Assembly (NCBI GenBank): GCA_049591535.1
Contig: JBAWFC010000076.1
Span: 44,929 to 108,928, forward strand
DNA from: Thermoplasmata archaeon
GTDB taxonomy: Archaea > Thermoplasmatota > Thermoplasmata > Lutacidiplasmatales > UBA184
Direction of reading: 5' to 3'
Length of the DNA: 64,000 bases
Shown piece after piece: positions 19,441 through 28,207 of this stretch. The notes below the pieces were generated by a model that was not told where the DNA came from, did not search any database, and saw only the letters and a program-made list of their open reading frames with translations. Position numbers and translations under genes: made by a program. How positions within the stretch are numbered: position 1 is the first letter of the stretch; each line of letters starts with the position of its first letter.

Positions 19441-20730
19441 ACCGACGCGACCGACTCCTCGTACGCCCGTCTCTTCCGAAATCGAAACTACGCTCGGGTC
19501 TTCAGCGCGGGACTCGGGTCGGTCGCCGGTTCGGCGGTCGCGAGCATCTGCCTCGTCTGGATCGTCTTCTCCGAGACTCGGTCGGCGTTCGACGTGGCCC
19601 TCCTCGGGGTCGCCTACATAGTTCCGGCGCTGCTCTTCAGTACCCTGGGCGGCACCCTGGTCGACCGGTACAACCGTCGTCGCCTCATGATCCTCGCCGA
19701 CCTCTCGCGCGCCGCGGCGATGGGCCTGACGGTCCTCGTCCTCGCGTCGGTCGGATTCAACCTGCCGGTGATCCTCGGGGCGTACGGGGTCATCGGTGCG
19801 TTCACCACCCTGTTCAACCCGTCGGAACAGGCGGTGATCCCGGCGCTGGTGCCGGCGGTCGACGTGGCGAACGCGAACGGCCTGGTCCAGTCGAGCCGTT
19901 CGACGCTGCAGTTCGTGGGGGCGTCCTTGGGAGGCGTTCTCATCGTCACGGCCGGTCCGCTCTGGGGCCTCGCGGTCAACGCCGCCACGTTCGCGGTGTC
20001 GGCCCTGCTGCTGACGGGAATTCGGATCCCGGACCTCGCCGCCGCTCCGAGGCAGGGGGCCCCTCGGGCGAGTTATTTCGCCGACCTTCGGGAGGGATTC
20101 CGGTGGCTGTGGGGCGCGCAGGGGTTCTTCCAGCTCACGATCTCCGCGACATTCTTCAATTTCTGCTCGAGCATCGTGGGAACATTCCTCGTGGTCTACG
20201 CCACGGTCGTCCTCCACGGATCGGCGCTCGTCTACGCGTCGCTCCTCGCGTCGCAGGTCGGGGGTACGGCGATTGGCTCCCTGCTCGTGGGGCGGTTGCG
20301 CGCCGCCCGGTATGCGGGGAAGGCGTGGGTCGTCTCCTACGGTGTGCTGGCCGGCTCGGTCGCCCTTGCTCTCTCTCTCGTTCCCAGTGTCCCGGTCGCG
20401 ATCGCCACCCTGTTCGTCATCGGATTGCTCGGGGGTTTTGCAGGGACTGCGTGGCTCACGGCGGCGCAGCTGCTCGTGCCGACCGAGATCCAGGGACGGT
20501 ACTTCGGGATCGACTCGCTGGGGAGCGTCGTCATCCTGCCGCTGTCGCAGATCGGCGGGGCCCTGCTGATCGGGGCGTATGGGACCCGGTCGACGTACTT
20601 CTTCGCGGCCGCTCTCTGGATCGTCGCGGGCGCAGTGTTCCTCCTCCCCCGCGCGCTCCGGGAGCTCGGTGTCCGGCCCGAGGAGGCCCTTAGGTCCCGT
20701 AGCGACGCCGACGGAGCTGGAACGCCCTGA
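19441..20730 (+). CDS. MFS transporter (DHA3/EntS-like). The N-terminus extends upstream of the ORF-track start (GTG 19594). No canonical start was found.
   Basis: In-frame upstream sequence encodes the classic MFS N-terminus YARLFRNRNYARVFSAGLGSVAGSAVASICLVWIVF (TM1), continuous with TM2 and motif A GTLVDRYNRRR. No ATG/GTG/TTG lies in frame between the preceding stop (19336-38) and 19594. Confidence 0.7.
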   Translation, partial: TDATDSSYARLFRNRNYARVFSAGLGSVAGSAVASICLVWIVFSETRSAFDVALLGVAYIVPALLFSTLGGTLVDRYNRRRLMILADLSRAAAMGLTVLVLASVGFNLPVILGAYGVIGAFTTLFNPSEQAVIPALVPAVDVANANGLVQSSRSTLQFVGASLGGVLIVTAGPLWGLAVNAATFAVSALLLTGIRIPDLAAAPRQGAPRASYFADLREGFRWLWGAQGFFQLTISATFFNFCSSIVGTFLVVYATVVLHGSALVYASLLASQVGGTAIGSLLVGRLRAARYAGKAWVVSYGVLAGSVALALSLVPSVPVAIATLFVIGLLGGFAGTAWLTAAQLLVPTEIQGRYFGIDSLGSVVILPLSQIGGALLIGAYGTRSTYFFAAALWIVAGAVFLLPRALRELGVRPEEALRSRSDADGAGTP

Positions 20731-21550
20731 TGGCCCGCAGAAAGTCGAGGCGGGTCAGTCCGGGCCACATCACGTCCGAGAAGTAGAGTTCGCTGTACGC
20801 GGACTGCCAGAGCAGGAAGTTCGAGATCCGCTCCTCCCCACTCGTTCGGAAGATCAGATCCGGGTCGGGTAGGTCCTTCGTGTAGAGGTGGCGCGCGACG
20901 GTCTCGGAGTCGATGGTGTCCGGGTCGAGCCCTTGGTCCCGCACCTCCCGGGCGAGCGCGCGGATCGCGTGGACGATCTCGTCGCGTCCGCCGTAGGCGA
21001 GCGCGACGTTGTACTGGTACGCGGTGTAATCTCGCGTCGCGTTCTCTGCGATGTCGATCGCCTCCTGAACGCGGGCCGGGAGCGCGGTGCGGTTCCCGAT
21101 GACTCGGACCCGGATCTGGTTGTGATGGACCCGCGGGTCGGTCGCGATGTCGCGGAGCGCCCGGTCGAAGAGGTCCATCAAGCCCGCCAGTTCCTCCGGT
21201 GGCCGCGTGAAGTTCTCGGTCGAGAGCGCGTACACGGTCAGGATGCGGACCTGCACGTCCAGGCACCAGTCGAGGAGCTCCTCGAGCGTGTCCCGACCCG
21301 CCTGATGGCCGTCCTGCACGCCCATCCCGCGGGCTCCCGCGAACCGGCGGTTGCCGTCCATGATGATCGCAAGGTGCTTCGGGACCGGCTCGGCGCGGAC
21401 CAGTTCGAGCAACCGCTTCTCCGTCAGGTCGCGGAGCGTGTCGCTGACGACGTGGGAAAGGTAGGGCGACGACCCCTCCTTCGCGCCGGGCCGGGGTTCC
21501 GTCACGGTCGCCCGATGCCTCGGGCGGGATAAGTCGTCGGGGGTCCGCAC
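20690..21550 (-). CDS. uppS: Cis-prenyltransferase (undecaprenyl/dolichyl diphosphate synthase family)
   Basis: Motifs HLAIIMDGNRRFA, ALSTENFTRP, FRTSGE. Confidence 0.85.
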   Translation of the reverse strand: MRTPDDLSRPRHRATVTEPRPGAKEGSSPYLSHVVSDTLRDLTEKRLLELVRAEPVPKHLAIIMDGNRRFAGARGMGVQDGHQAGRDTLEELLDWCLDVQVRILTVYALSTENFTRPPEELAGLMDLFDRALRDIATDPRVHHNQIRVRVIGNRTALPARVQEAIDIAENATRDYTAYQYNVALAYGGRDEIVHAIRALAREVRDQGLDPDTIDSETVARHLYTKDLPDPDLIFRTSGEERISNFLLWQSAYSELYFSDVMWPGLTRLDFLRAIRAFQLRRRRYGT

Positions 21551-21579
21551 GCGGACCGACGCCCCCCCCGAAAGGGAGG

Positions 21580-21685
21580 CGCCCTGGTCGGGAGTTTCGG
21601 ACGGAGGGGGAGGACCCCTCCGCTCGTTCGAACCCGAGTCGCAGGCTCGACAGACCTACATCCTAGACCACTAGACTACCAGGGC
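21580..21685 (-). tRNA. Putative tRNA-Asp(GUC) with a 33-nt non-canonical intron (plus coordinates 21593..21625) immediately after the T-loop
   Basis: Acceptor stem GCCCTGG/CCAGGGC with discriminator G. D-arm GTCT-AGTGGTCTA-GGAT. Anticodon arm TAGGT-CTGTCGA-GCCTG with anticodon GTC. T-stem 5' TCGGG plus T-loop TTCGAAC, whose partner CCCGA is found only after removing a GC-rich hairpin insert (GGAGGGG-TCCTC-CCCCTCC). Architecture parallels the clean tRNA-Gln at 60615..60687: 9-nt D-loop, 4-nt variable loop CGAC. Confidence 0.5.
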
Positions 21686-21722
21686 AACCTCGCTGGCCTA
21701 ACCACTCCATGCTATGAATCTT

Positions 21723-21764
21723 GCCCGCGCGCGCTCGCGCCCGGGCGCGCGCGCCGCGCGCGCG
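21723..21764. repeat. About 42-nt near-pure alternating CG palindromic tract (gcccgcgcgcgctcgcgcccgggcgcgcgcgccgcgcgcgcg)
   Basis: Read directly from the sequence. Contains the perfect palindrome CGCGCCCGGGCGCG. The listed 21721..22023 ORF translates it as (AR)n. Confidence 0.6.
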
Positions 21765-21870
21765 TTCGGCCGGCCGAAGCCGGGGAAAGGAGGCGACCTG
21801 CGCTGCGAGTCGAGGCCGCGATTTATGTACCGCGAGGGCTCGAAGCAGGTCCCACGGAGCGGACCCAACG

Positions 21871-22023
21871 ATGACCGCAGTCAAGAGCTGGTTTCTATCG
21901 GTGATCCTTGTCCTCGGCCTCGTGCTTGCGCTGAACCACCTGGGCGTCGACGTGACGTCGGCGATCAGCTCCGCGATGCACGGTGCGGCGCACTTCTTGA
22001 ATCGCCCGTTGATCTCCTTCTAG
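21871..22023 (+). CDS. Hypothetical small membrane protein (50 aa)
   Basis: ATG at 21871. One TM helix FLSVILVLGLVLAL. It is the C-terminal part of the listed 100-aa ORF, whose N-terminus is the CG-repeat translation. Confidence 0.3.
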   Translation: MTAVKSWFLSVILVLGLVLALNHLGVDVTSAISSAMHGAAHFLNRPLISF

Positions 22024-22044
22024 GGGAGACCGGCTCGGATCGCC

Positions 22045-23037
22045 CTACGTCGGGCGGATTCGGGCCAGAGTGCGCGCGAGATCTCGGGGCCGCAGGACCC
22101 CGAGGGGAGTCACGAACGCCGTGACGAACTTCGCCGGGGTGACATCGAACGCCGGGTTCCGGGCACGGCTGCGGAGCGGAGCGGTCCGCCGGCCCGCGAA
22201 TTCGAGGACCTCCGACTCGGCGCGTTCCTCGACCGGCATCTCTCGTCCGTCGGCGCGTTGCGCGTCGAACGTGCTCCACGGAGCGGCGACGTAGAAGGGG
22301 ACCCCGTTCTCCCGGGCGACGACCGCCTTTTCGTAGGTTCCGATCTTGTTGGCGAAGTCCCCGTTGCGCGCGATCCGGTCGGCGCCGACGACGACGGCGT
22401 CGACCTGGCCGGTCCGGAAGTAATGGCCCGCGGCGTTGTCGGCGATCACCGCGTGGGGAATCCGCTCTCGGCCGAGTTCCCACGCGGTGAGGCGAGCGCC
22501 CTGGAGGAGCGGGCGAGTTTCGTCGACCCACACGAACAGCTTCGCTCCCTGGTCCCGCGCGACGCGGATCGGAGCGAGCGCGGTGCCCCATTCGACCGTC
22601 GCGAGCGCACCGGCGTTGCAGTGGGTCAGGACGCGATGGGCGTCCGAGAGCAGCGGAGCACCGGCGATCCCGATGCGGTGGCACGCCTCGACGATCTCCG
22701 CGCGGTAGGCGTCCGCGGCGGCGAGCGGGTCCTCTCCGGCCGCCCACGCCCGCCGCACGGTCTCGATCCCGACGAACAGGTCGAACGCCGTGGGCCGGGT
22801 CGCCCGAAGCGCCCGGGCCGCGCGCTCGGGGGTGTACGTCCCCTCGCGGGCCCCGAGCACCATCCCGTAGGCGGCGGCGACACCGATCGAGGGCGCCCCC
22901 CGGACCGCCATCGTGCGGATCGCCTCGGCGGTGGACCGGAGCGTTCGGAGCCGGCGGACGGCCATCCGCGACGGAAGCTCCCGCTGGTCGACGAGGAAGA
23001 GGACGGGGTCGCGGTACCAGAGGGCTCGGACGGGCAT
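22045..23037 (-). CDS. eIF-2B alpha/beta/delta-family isomerase (methylthioribose-1-phosphate isomerase MtnA or ribose-1,5-bisphosphate isomerase-like)
   Basis: N-terminal WYRD...LFLVDQRELP and the AVRGAPSIGVAAAYG block typical of the family. Confidence 0.8.
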   Translation of the reverse strand: MPVRALWYRDPVLFLVDQRELPSRMAVRRLRTLRSTAEAIRTMAVRGAPSIGVAAAYGMVLGAREGTYTPERAARALRATRPTAFDLFVGIETVRRAWAAGEDPLAAADAYRAEIVEACHRIGIAGAPLLSDAHRVLTHCNAGALATVEWGTALAPIRVARDQGAKLFVWVDETRPLLQGARLTAWELGRERIPHAVIADNAAGHYFRTGQVDAVVVGADRIARNGDFANKIGTYEKAVVARENGVPFYVAAPWSTFDAQRADGREMPVEERAESEVLEFAGRRTAPLRSRARNPAFDVTPAKFVTAFVTPLGVLRPRDLARTLARIRPT

Positions 23038-23043
23038 GGGTCC

Positions 23044-24066
23044 CTACGCGTCGAACGTATGCAGGAGGTCGAGCCACTCCGCGCTCACGACCTTCGTCGT
23101 GCCGACCGCCTCCGCGAGAGGGATGCCGACCACGGCCGGACCGCGCAGCACCGCAACCTCCCCGAAGCGGCCGGCGAGCGCGAGGTCGACCGCCCCCGCG
23201 CCGAGCCGGGTCGCGAGGATGCGGTCGAACAGCTCCGTCGGGCCGCCCCGTTGGATATGGCCGATCTGGGCGCTGCGCGCCTCGACGCCCGAGCGCTCCT
23301 GAATCCGCCGGGCCAACTCCGCTCCGACCTCGCGCTCCCGAAGAAGCTCGTGGCCGAAATCGTCCTTCGCACCCGCCGTGCCCTTCCGAGGGCCGAGGTC
23401 GATGCCTTCGCTCGCCACGACGAGTGCGTACCCACGGGTCCCGACGGCGGAGGCCACGTGGCGAAGGAGCTCCTCCTCGTCGAACGGCTCTTCGGGGAGG
23501 AGCGTCACGTCGGCTCCCCCGGCAAGACCGGTGGCGAGCGCGACCCAGCCCGCGTGGCGCCCCATCACCTCGAGGACGATCGCCCGGTGATGGCTGTCGG
23601 CGGTGTCGCGCAACCGCTCGAGCGCATCGACCGCGACCGCGACGGACGAGTGAAACCCAAAGGTCCAATCGGTGCCCGAGACGTCGTTGTCCATCGTCTT
23701 GGGCACCCCCACGACCTTGCCGCCGCGCCGATGCAGTTCCTGCGCCGCAGAGAGCGTGTCGTCCCCGCCGATCGCCACCAGCGCGTCGAGGTGGTGACGG
23801 GAAATGGTCGCGAGGACCCGTTCGGCGTCGGCGTCCTTCGCGAAGGGATTGGTGCGAGAGCTGCCGAGGATCGTTCCTCCGCGCCCGACGATCCCACGGA
23901 CCGCCGCGGCGTCGAGGGGACGGGAGAGGTCGTCCCGCAGCCCCTTCCATCCGTCTCGGAATCCCAGGGTTTCGTGGCCGGACTTCGCAGCGCGCAGCAC
24001 GACCGCGCGAATCGCGGCGTTCAGCCCGGGGCAGTCGCCGCCCCCCGTGAGTACCCCGAACTTCAC
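23044..24066 (-). CDS. pfkA: 6-phosphofructokinase, PFK-A family (ATP- or PPi-dependent)
   Basis: MKFGVLTGGGDCPGLNAAIR N-terminus, GGDGT, and the MGR...G substrate-binding blocks. Confidence 0.85.
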   Translation of the reverse strand: MKFGVLTGGGDCPGLNAAIRAVVLRAAKSGHETLGFRDGWKGLRDDLSRPLDAAAVRGIVGRGGTILGSSRTNPFAKDADAERVLATISRHHLDALVAIGGDDTLSAAQELHRRGGKVVGVPKTMDNDVSGTDWTFGFHSSVAVAVDALERLRDTADSHHRAIVLEVMGRHAGWVALATGLAGGADVTLLPEEPFDEEELLRHVASAVGTRGYALVVASEGIDLGPRKGTAGAKDDFGHELLREREVGAELARRIQERSGVEARSAQIGHIQRGGPTELFDRILATRLGAGAVDLALAGRFGEVAVLRGPAVVGIPLAEAVGTTKVVSAEWLDLLHTFDA

Positions 24067-25169
24067 GCCGGGACCTCGAGGTACTCACGCGGGGCCGTCG
24101 TGAGGAACTCGTAGCCGCCCTTGGTGACGACGATGTCGTCCTCGATCCGGACCCCACCGTGGCCGGGCAGGTAGATACCGGGCTCGACCGTGATCGCCAT
24201 TCCGACCTCGAGGGCGTCCTCGGCGGTGGGGCCGTATCCCCAGCCGTCGTGTACGACGAGCCCGATCGAGTGGCCGACCCCGTGGGTGAGCCGTCCCTTC
24301 CAGGGCGAGTCGTCGATGACTTTCGCCGCGGCGAGGTGGACGGCCTTCGCGGGCACCCCCGGACGGACCGTCGCGAGGGCGGCCTGCTGCGCCTCCTGGA
24401 CGGTCTCGTGGACCTTCTTCATCTCGTCGTCGCGGCGTCCGAAGTGGAAGGAGCGGGTGATGTCGCTCGCATATCGCCGGTAGTACGCCCCGAAGTCGCA
24501 GACGATCGAATCGCCCGCCTTCAGCTTCGTCTCGGCGGGAGCATAGTGGGGCTCGGCGCTGTGAGGACCGAACGCCACGATCGTCGCGAACGACCGTCCG
24601 CTGGCGCCCTGGCGGTTCATCCGATACTCCATCTCGGCAGCGAGCTCGAGCTCGGAGATGCCGGCCTTCAGGAGGCCCGGAATCTCCCGACCGACCTTCG
24701 ACCCGATGTCGGCCGCCTTGCGCAGGAGTTCGACCTCGTTCGGGTCCTTCGTGACGCGCGCCCGCCGGATCGCATTCGAGGAGTCGACCCACGTCGCGTC
24801 GGGGAACGCCTTGTCGAGACGCAGGAACCACTCGTGGGTCAGCTCCCGGAAGTTCAGCCCGAGCGTGTCCTTCGAGCCGAGGAGCTTCTTGACTTGCTGG
24901 TCGGTCTCCTCGCGCCCAACGACATGCACCTTCACGTGGGGGTCGCGTTTGGCGGCCTCGTGCGCCGTCTCCGCCTCGAGCGGGGAGCTGAGCACGTCCA
25001 GTTCACCGTCGGGGTAGGCGATGGCGACCGAGCCCTCGAAGAGTCCCGCGGGGACGTCGAAGAGGTAGAAGAAGCTCTGATCGAGGTGCGGGTCCGTCGC
25101 GTTCGCGAGGACGATCGCCTCGGGTTTCGGGTCGAGGTTCGCGAAGATCTTCTGGATTCGAGGCTTCAT
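24063..25169 (-). CDS. M24 family Xaa-Pro aminopeptidase/prolidase
   Basis: Creatinase N-domain plus pita-bread metal ligands (DxD...HGVGHSIG...EPG...IEDD). Confidence 0.85.
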   Translation of the reverse strand: MKPRIQKIFANLDPKPEAIVLANATDPHLDQSFFYLFDVPAGLFEGSVAIAYPDGELDVLSSPLEAETAHEAAKRDPHVKVHVVGREETDQQVKKLLGSKDTLGLNFRELTHEWFLRLDKAFPDATWVDSSNAIRRARVTKDPNEVELLRKAADIGSKVGREIPGLLKAGISELELAAEMEYRMNRQGASGRSFATIVAFGPHSAEPHYAPAETKLKAGDSIVCDFGAYYRRYASDITRSFHFGRRDDEMKKVHETVQEAQQAALATVRPGVPAKAVHLAAAKVIDDSPWKGRLTHGVGHSIGLVVHDGWGYGPTAEDALEVGMAITVEPGIYLPGHGGVRIEDDIVVTKGGYEFLTTAPREYLEVPA

Positions 25170-26653
25170 AGTTCCGGACCCATCGGGCCGGGGGTTTCAA
25201 CCTTTGCGGCGTGGGCGCGAAGGTCCTTCCACGACAGGAGCGGTTCCCGAGCGGCGCGCACCTCGTCGATGCGACCGACCGCGAGGGACCGAGGCGCGGC
25301 CCGGAGGTTCTCGGGAGTGTCGGCGAGCGCCCGCTCGAACGCGCCGATGTAGTTGTCGAGCTCCCGTTTCGACTCCGTCTCGGGAAGCTCGATCATCAGC
25401 GACTCCTCCACGAGGGAGGGGAAGTAGACCGTCGGCGCGTGCACCCCCTCGTCCAGCAGGCGCTTCGCGAGGTCGAGGGTGCGCACTCCGCGGGCCCTGA
25501 GCGGAGCCCCGGAGAGGACGAACTCGTGTTTCACCAGCGTCCGAAACGGTCGGGGGAGGCTCGTGCCCAGTCGAAGGCCGAGATAGTTCGAGTTCAGAAC
25601 CGCGCGGCGGGCGACGTGTCGGAGGCCCTCCTCGCCGTGCGTGAGCGCGAAGACGTACGCTCGCAGGTCCAGGCCGAAATTCCCGTACGCCGTCTTGATC
25701 TTCCCGATCGACTTCGGACGGTCGTAGTCCAGTCGGAACTTCCGTCCGGACCTCACGACCCGCGGAACCGGCAGGTAGGGGGCGAGCTTCTCACCGGCCG
25801 CGAGGACCCCTGCGCCCGGTCCGCCGCCGCCGTGGGGGGTCGCGAACGTCTTGTGGAGGTTCAGGTGCGCGACATCAAAGCCCATGCGCCCCGGGTGGGT
25901 GATCCCGAGGATCGCGTTCAGGTTCGCGCCGTCATAGTACAGCGTCCCACCGGCTCCGTGAACGACCTCGGCGATCTCCAGGATGTCGCTCTCGAAGAGC
26001 CCCGCCGTGTTCGGGTTCGTCAGCATGAAGCACGCGGTCCGGTCGCTCACCGCGGAACGCAGCGCGCTGAGGTCCACGCATCCGTCCTTCGATGCGATCT
26101 CCCGGGTCGTGAACCCGGCCATCATCGCCGACGCCGGATTCGTCCCGTGGGCCGTGTCGGGGAGCAGGACCTCGGTCCGTCGGTCGAGCTCCCCGCGGTC
26201 GCGGAAGTAGGCCCGGACCATCAGCAGCGCCGCCCACTCGCCGTGGGCGCCGGCTGCCGCCTGCAGCGAGACCTCGGGAAGGCCGGTCACCTTGCCGAGG
26301 AGGTTCTCCAAGCGCCAGAGCACCTCGAGCGCCCCCTGGGTCGTCTCTTCCGGTTGGTACGGATGGAGGTCGGCGGCTCCGGGGCGTCGGGCGAGAAGTT
26401 CGGAGACCTTCGGGTTGTACTTCATCGTGCACGAACCGAGCGCGTACGGTACCGTGTCGATCCCGAAGTTCATCTGAGAGAGTCGGGTGTAGTGCCGGAC
26501 GACCTCGAGTTCGGAGAGCTCGGGCCAGCGGACCGCCTCCTTGCGGCGAAGCCGGTCCGGGATCCCCGGGATCGTGGCGGGCGCGTCGGCGTCGCGGGGG
26601 GGCGCGAGGTCCCAGACCGACGGCTCGTCCCATCGGGCCTGGCGGAAGCTCAC
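25166..26653 (-). CDS. gcvPB: Glycine dehydrogenase (decarboxylating) subunit 2 (glycine cleavage P-protein, C-terminal subunit)
   Basis: 495 aa. PLP fold blocks conserved in GcvPB. 4-nt overlap with gcvPA. Confidence 0.9.
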   Translation of the reverse strand: MSFRQARWDEPSVWDLAPPRDADAPATIPGIPDRLRRKEAVRWPELSELEVVRHYTRLSQMNFGIDTVPYALGSCTMKYNPKVSELLARRPGAADLHPYQPEETTQGALEVLWRLENLLGKVTGLPEVSLQAAAGAHGEWAALLMVRAYFRDRGELDRRTEVLLPDTAHGTNPASAMMAGFTTREIASKDGCVDLSALRSAVSDRTACFMLTNPNTAGLFESDILEIAEVVHGAGGTLYYDGANLNAILGITHPGRMGFDVAHLNLHKTFATPHGGGGPGAGVLAAGEKLAPYLPVPRVVRSGRKFRLDYDRPKSIGKIKTAYGNFGLDLRAYVFALTHGEEGLRHVARRAVLNSNYLGLRLGTSLPRPFRTLVKHEFVLSGAPLRARGVRTLDLAKRLLDEGVHAPTVYFPSLVEESLMIELPETESKRELDNYIGAFERALADTPENLRAAPRSLAVGRIDEVRAAREPLLSWKDLRAHAAKVETPGPMGPEL

Positions 26654-28032
26654 GAGCTCCTCCCGACCGCGTCGATCGCGGCGCGAGCGGCCCTCGCGTA
26701 CTGCTGGATCTCCTTGTCGCCGACCGCCTCGGTGGCGGACACGAGGATCCGCTCCGGGGCCGAGTCGACGCCGGGTCGTGGGTCGGCGAGCGCGTACCCC
26801 CCGAGGATCTTCTTGCGGCGCAGTCGGTCGAGGAACTCGGCGGCCGTACCTCGGTTCAGTTCGATCGTGAAGTCCCCCAAATACGGAGCGTCGAACCGGG
26901 GAGCCTGGATCCCCTCGATCCCTCCCAAGGCGCTTGCGAGGGTCCGCGCTTTCTCCGCGAGCCGTCCCTGAAGCTCCGCAAGCCCCCGAGGCCCGACCAG
27001 GCCGGCGTAGACGACGAAGGCGAGGGCCATCAACGACTGGTTCGTGCAGATGTTCGACGTAGCACGAGAACGGCGGATGTGCTGCTCCCGCGTCTGGAGG
27101 GTGAGTGCGAACGCGGGCCGGCCGTCGACGTCCCGGGTCGCTCCGACGATCCGTCCGGGGGCCGAACGGACGTCGCGCGAGCGGCAGGCGAACAGGCCGA
27201 GGAGCGGGCCCCCGAACGACGGCGCGATGCCGAATCCCTGCCCTTCGCCGACGACGATGTCCGCGCCGTAGTTCCCGGGGGGCTCTAGGACCGACAGCGC
27301 GAGCGGGTCAGCGGAGATGACGAGCGGAATCTCGCCGAGGATCGCCTTCAGATCCATCACTCCCTCGTCCACGTGCCCGAATCCGTTAGGAACGTCGGCG
27401 AGCAGCCCGAAAACGTCGCCGGCAGCTACGGCGCGGCGGACGAACTCGAGGTCGATGCGTCCGCTGCGATCGTCGTAGGGGATCTCCTCCACGAGGAGCC
27501 CCGGGCCGCTGGCGTAGTTCCGGAGGACGCTCTTCTCCTCCCACGGGAGGCTGGCAGGGATGAGGAACCGGCGGCCCTCCCGGGTCCGCCGGCAGAAGAG
27601 GAGTGCCTCGCCGGCGGCGGTGGAACCGTCGTACAGGGAAGCGTTCGCGACGTCGAGGCCGGTGAGCTCGACCCACAGGCTCTGAAACTCGAAGAGGACG
27701 CGGAGCATCCCCTGGCTGGCCTCGGGCTGGTAGGGGGTATACGAGGTGTAGAACTCACTGCGCGAGACGATCGCGTCGACCGCGGCGGGCGCGTAGCGCG
27801 GCGCGATCCGCCCTCCGAGGAAGTTCGCGAACTTGGAGAGCGGCTTGTTCCGTTCGAGGATCCGGTCCACCAACCGGACGACCTCGGGCTCCTCGTGCCC
27901 CGGCCCGACCCCGAGACGACCGATCCGCGCCTTCTTCGGAACGTCGGTGAACAGTTCGTCCACCGAGGAGATGCCCAAGGCTCCGAGGAGGGAGGCTTCC
28001 TCGCCGGGCTCGTTCGGAATCCAGCGAGGCAC
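26650..28032 (-). CDS. gcvPA: Glycine dehydrogenase (decarboxylating) subunit 1
   Basis: 460 aa. GcvPA-like. Directly upstream of gcvPB on the same strand. Confidence 0.9.
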   Translation of the reverse strand: MPRWIPNEPGEEASLLGALGISSVDELFTDVPKKARIGRLGVGPGHEEPEVVRLVDRILERNKPLSKFANFLGGRIAPRYAPAAVDAIVSRSEFYTSYTPYQPEASQGMLRVLFEFQSLWVELTGLDVANASLYDGSTAAGEALLFCRRTREGRRFLIPASLPWEEKSVLRNYASGPGLLVEEIPYDDRSGRIDLEFVRRAVAAGDVFGLLADVPNGFGHVDEGVMDLKAILGEIPLVISADPLALSVLEPPGNYGADIVVGEGQGFGIAPSFGGPLLGLFACRSRDVRSAPGRIVGATRDVDGRPAFALTLQTREQHIRRSRATSNICTNQSLMALAFVVYAGLVGPRGLAELQGRLAEKARTLASALGGIEGIQAPRFDAPYLGDFTIELNRGTAAEFLDRLRRKKILGGYALADPRPGVDSAPERILVSATEAVGDKEIQQYARAARAAIDAVGRSS

Positions 28033-28207
28033 GACCGATCCCCGGAGACCGGCGGAGCGGAGCCGGGGATAAATCGCTTCGGATGGCGCGGGAGCGACCG
28101 CCTGCGGCGGACGCCCGCGGACCCGCTCCGCGCGGCGGAACCTCGGGCCGCGGCGGGTGGAGCAAACCTATTCGATGCCGCCGTGTGCACCGCCCCACGG
28201 AGACCCG

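Noticed and set aside
19441-19600. Apparent double frameshift in the MFS N-terminus
   Set aside because: This was caused by my own mis-transcription of one line. On re-reading, the frame is continuous from 19441 to 20730. Only the missing start codon remains unexplained.
17677-20217. 846-aa ORF on the minus strand
   Set aside because: Antisense to the YVTN surface-protein gene and the MFS gene. Arg/Gly/Asp-rich low-complexity translation typical of a GC-rich antisense frame. No domain signal.
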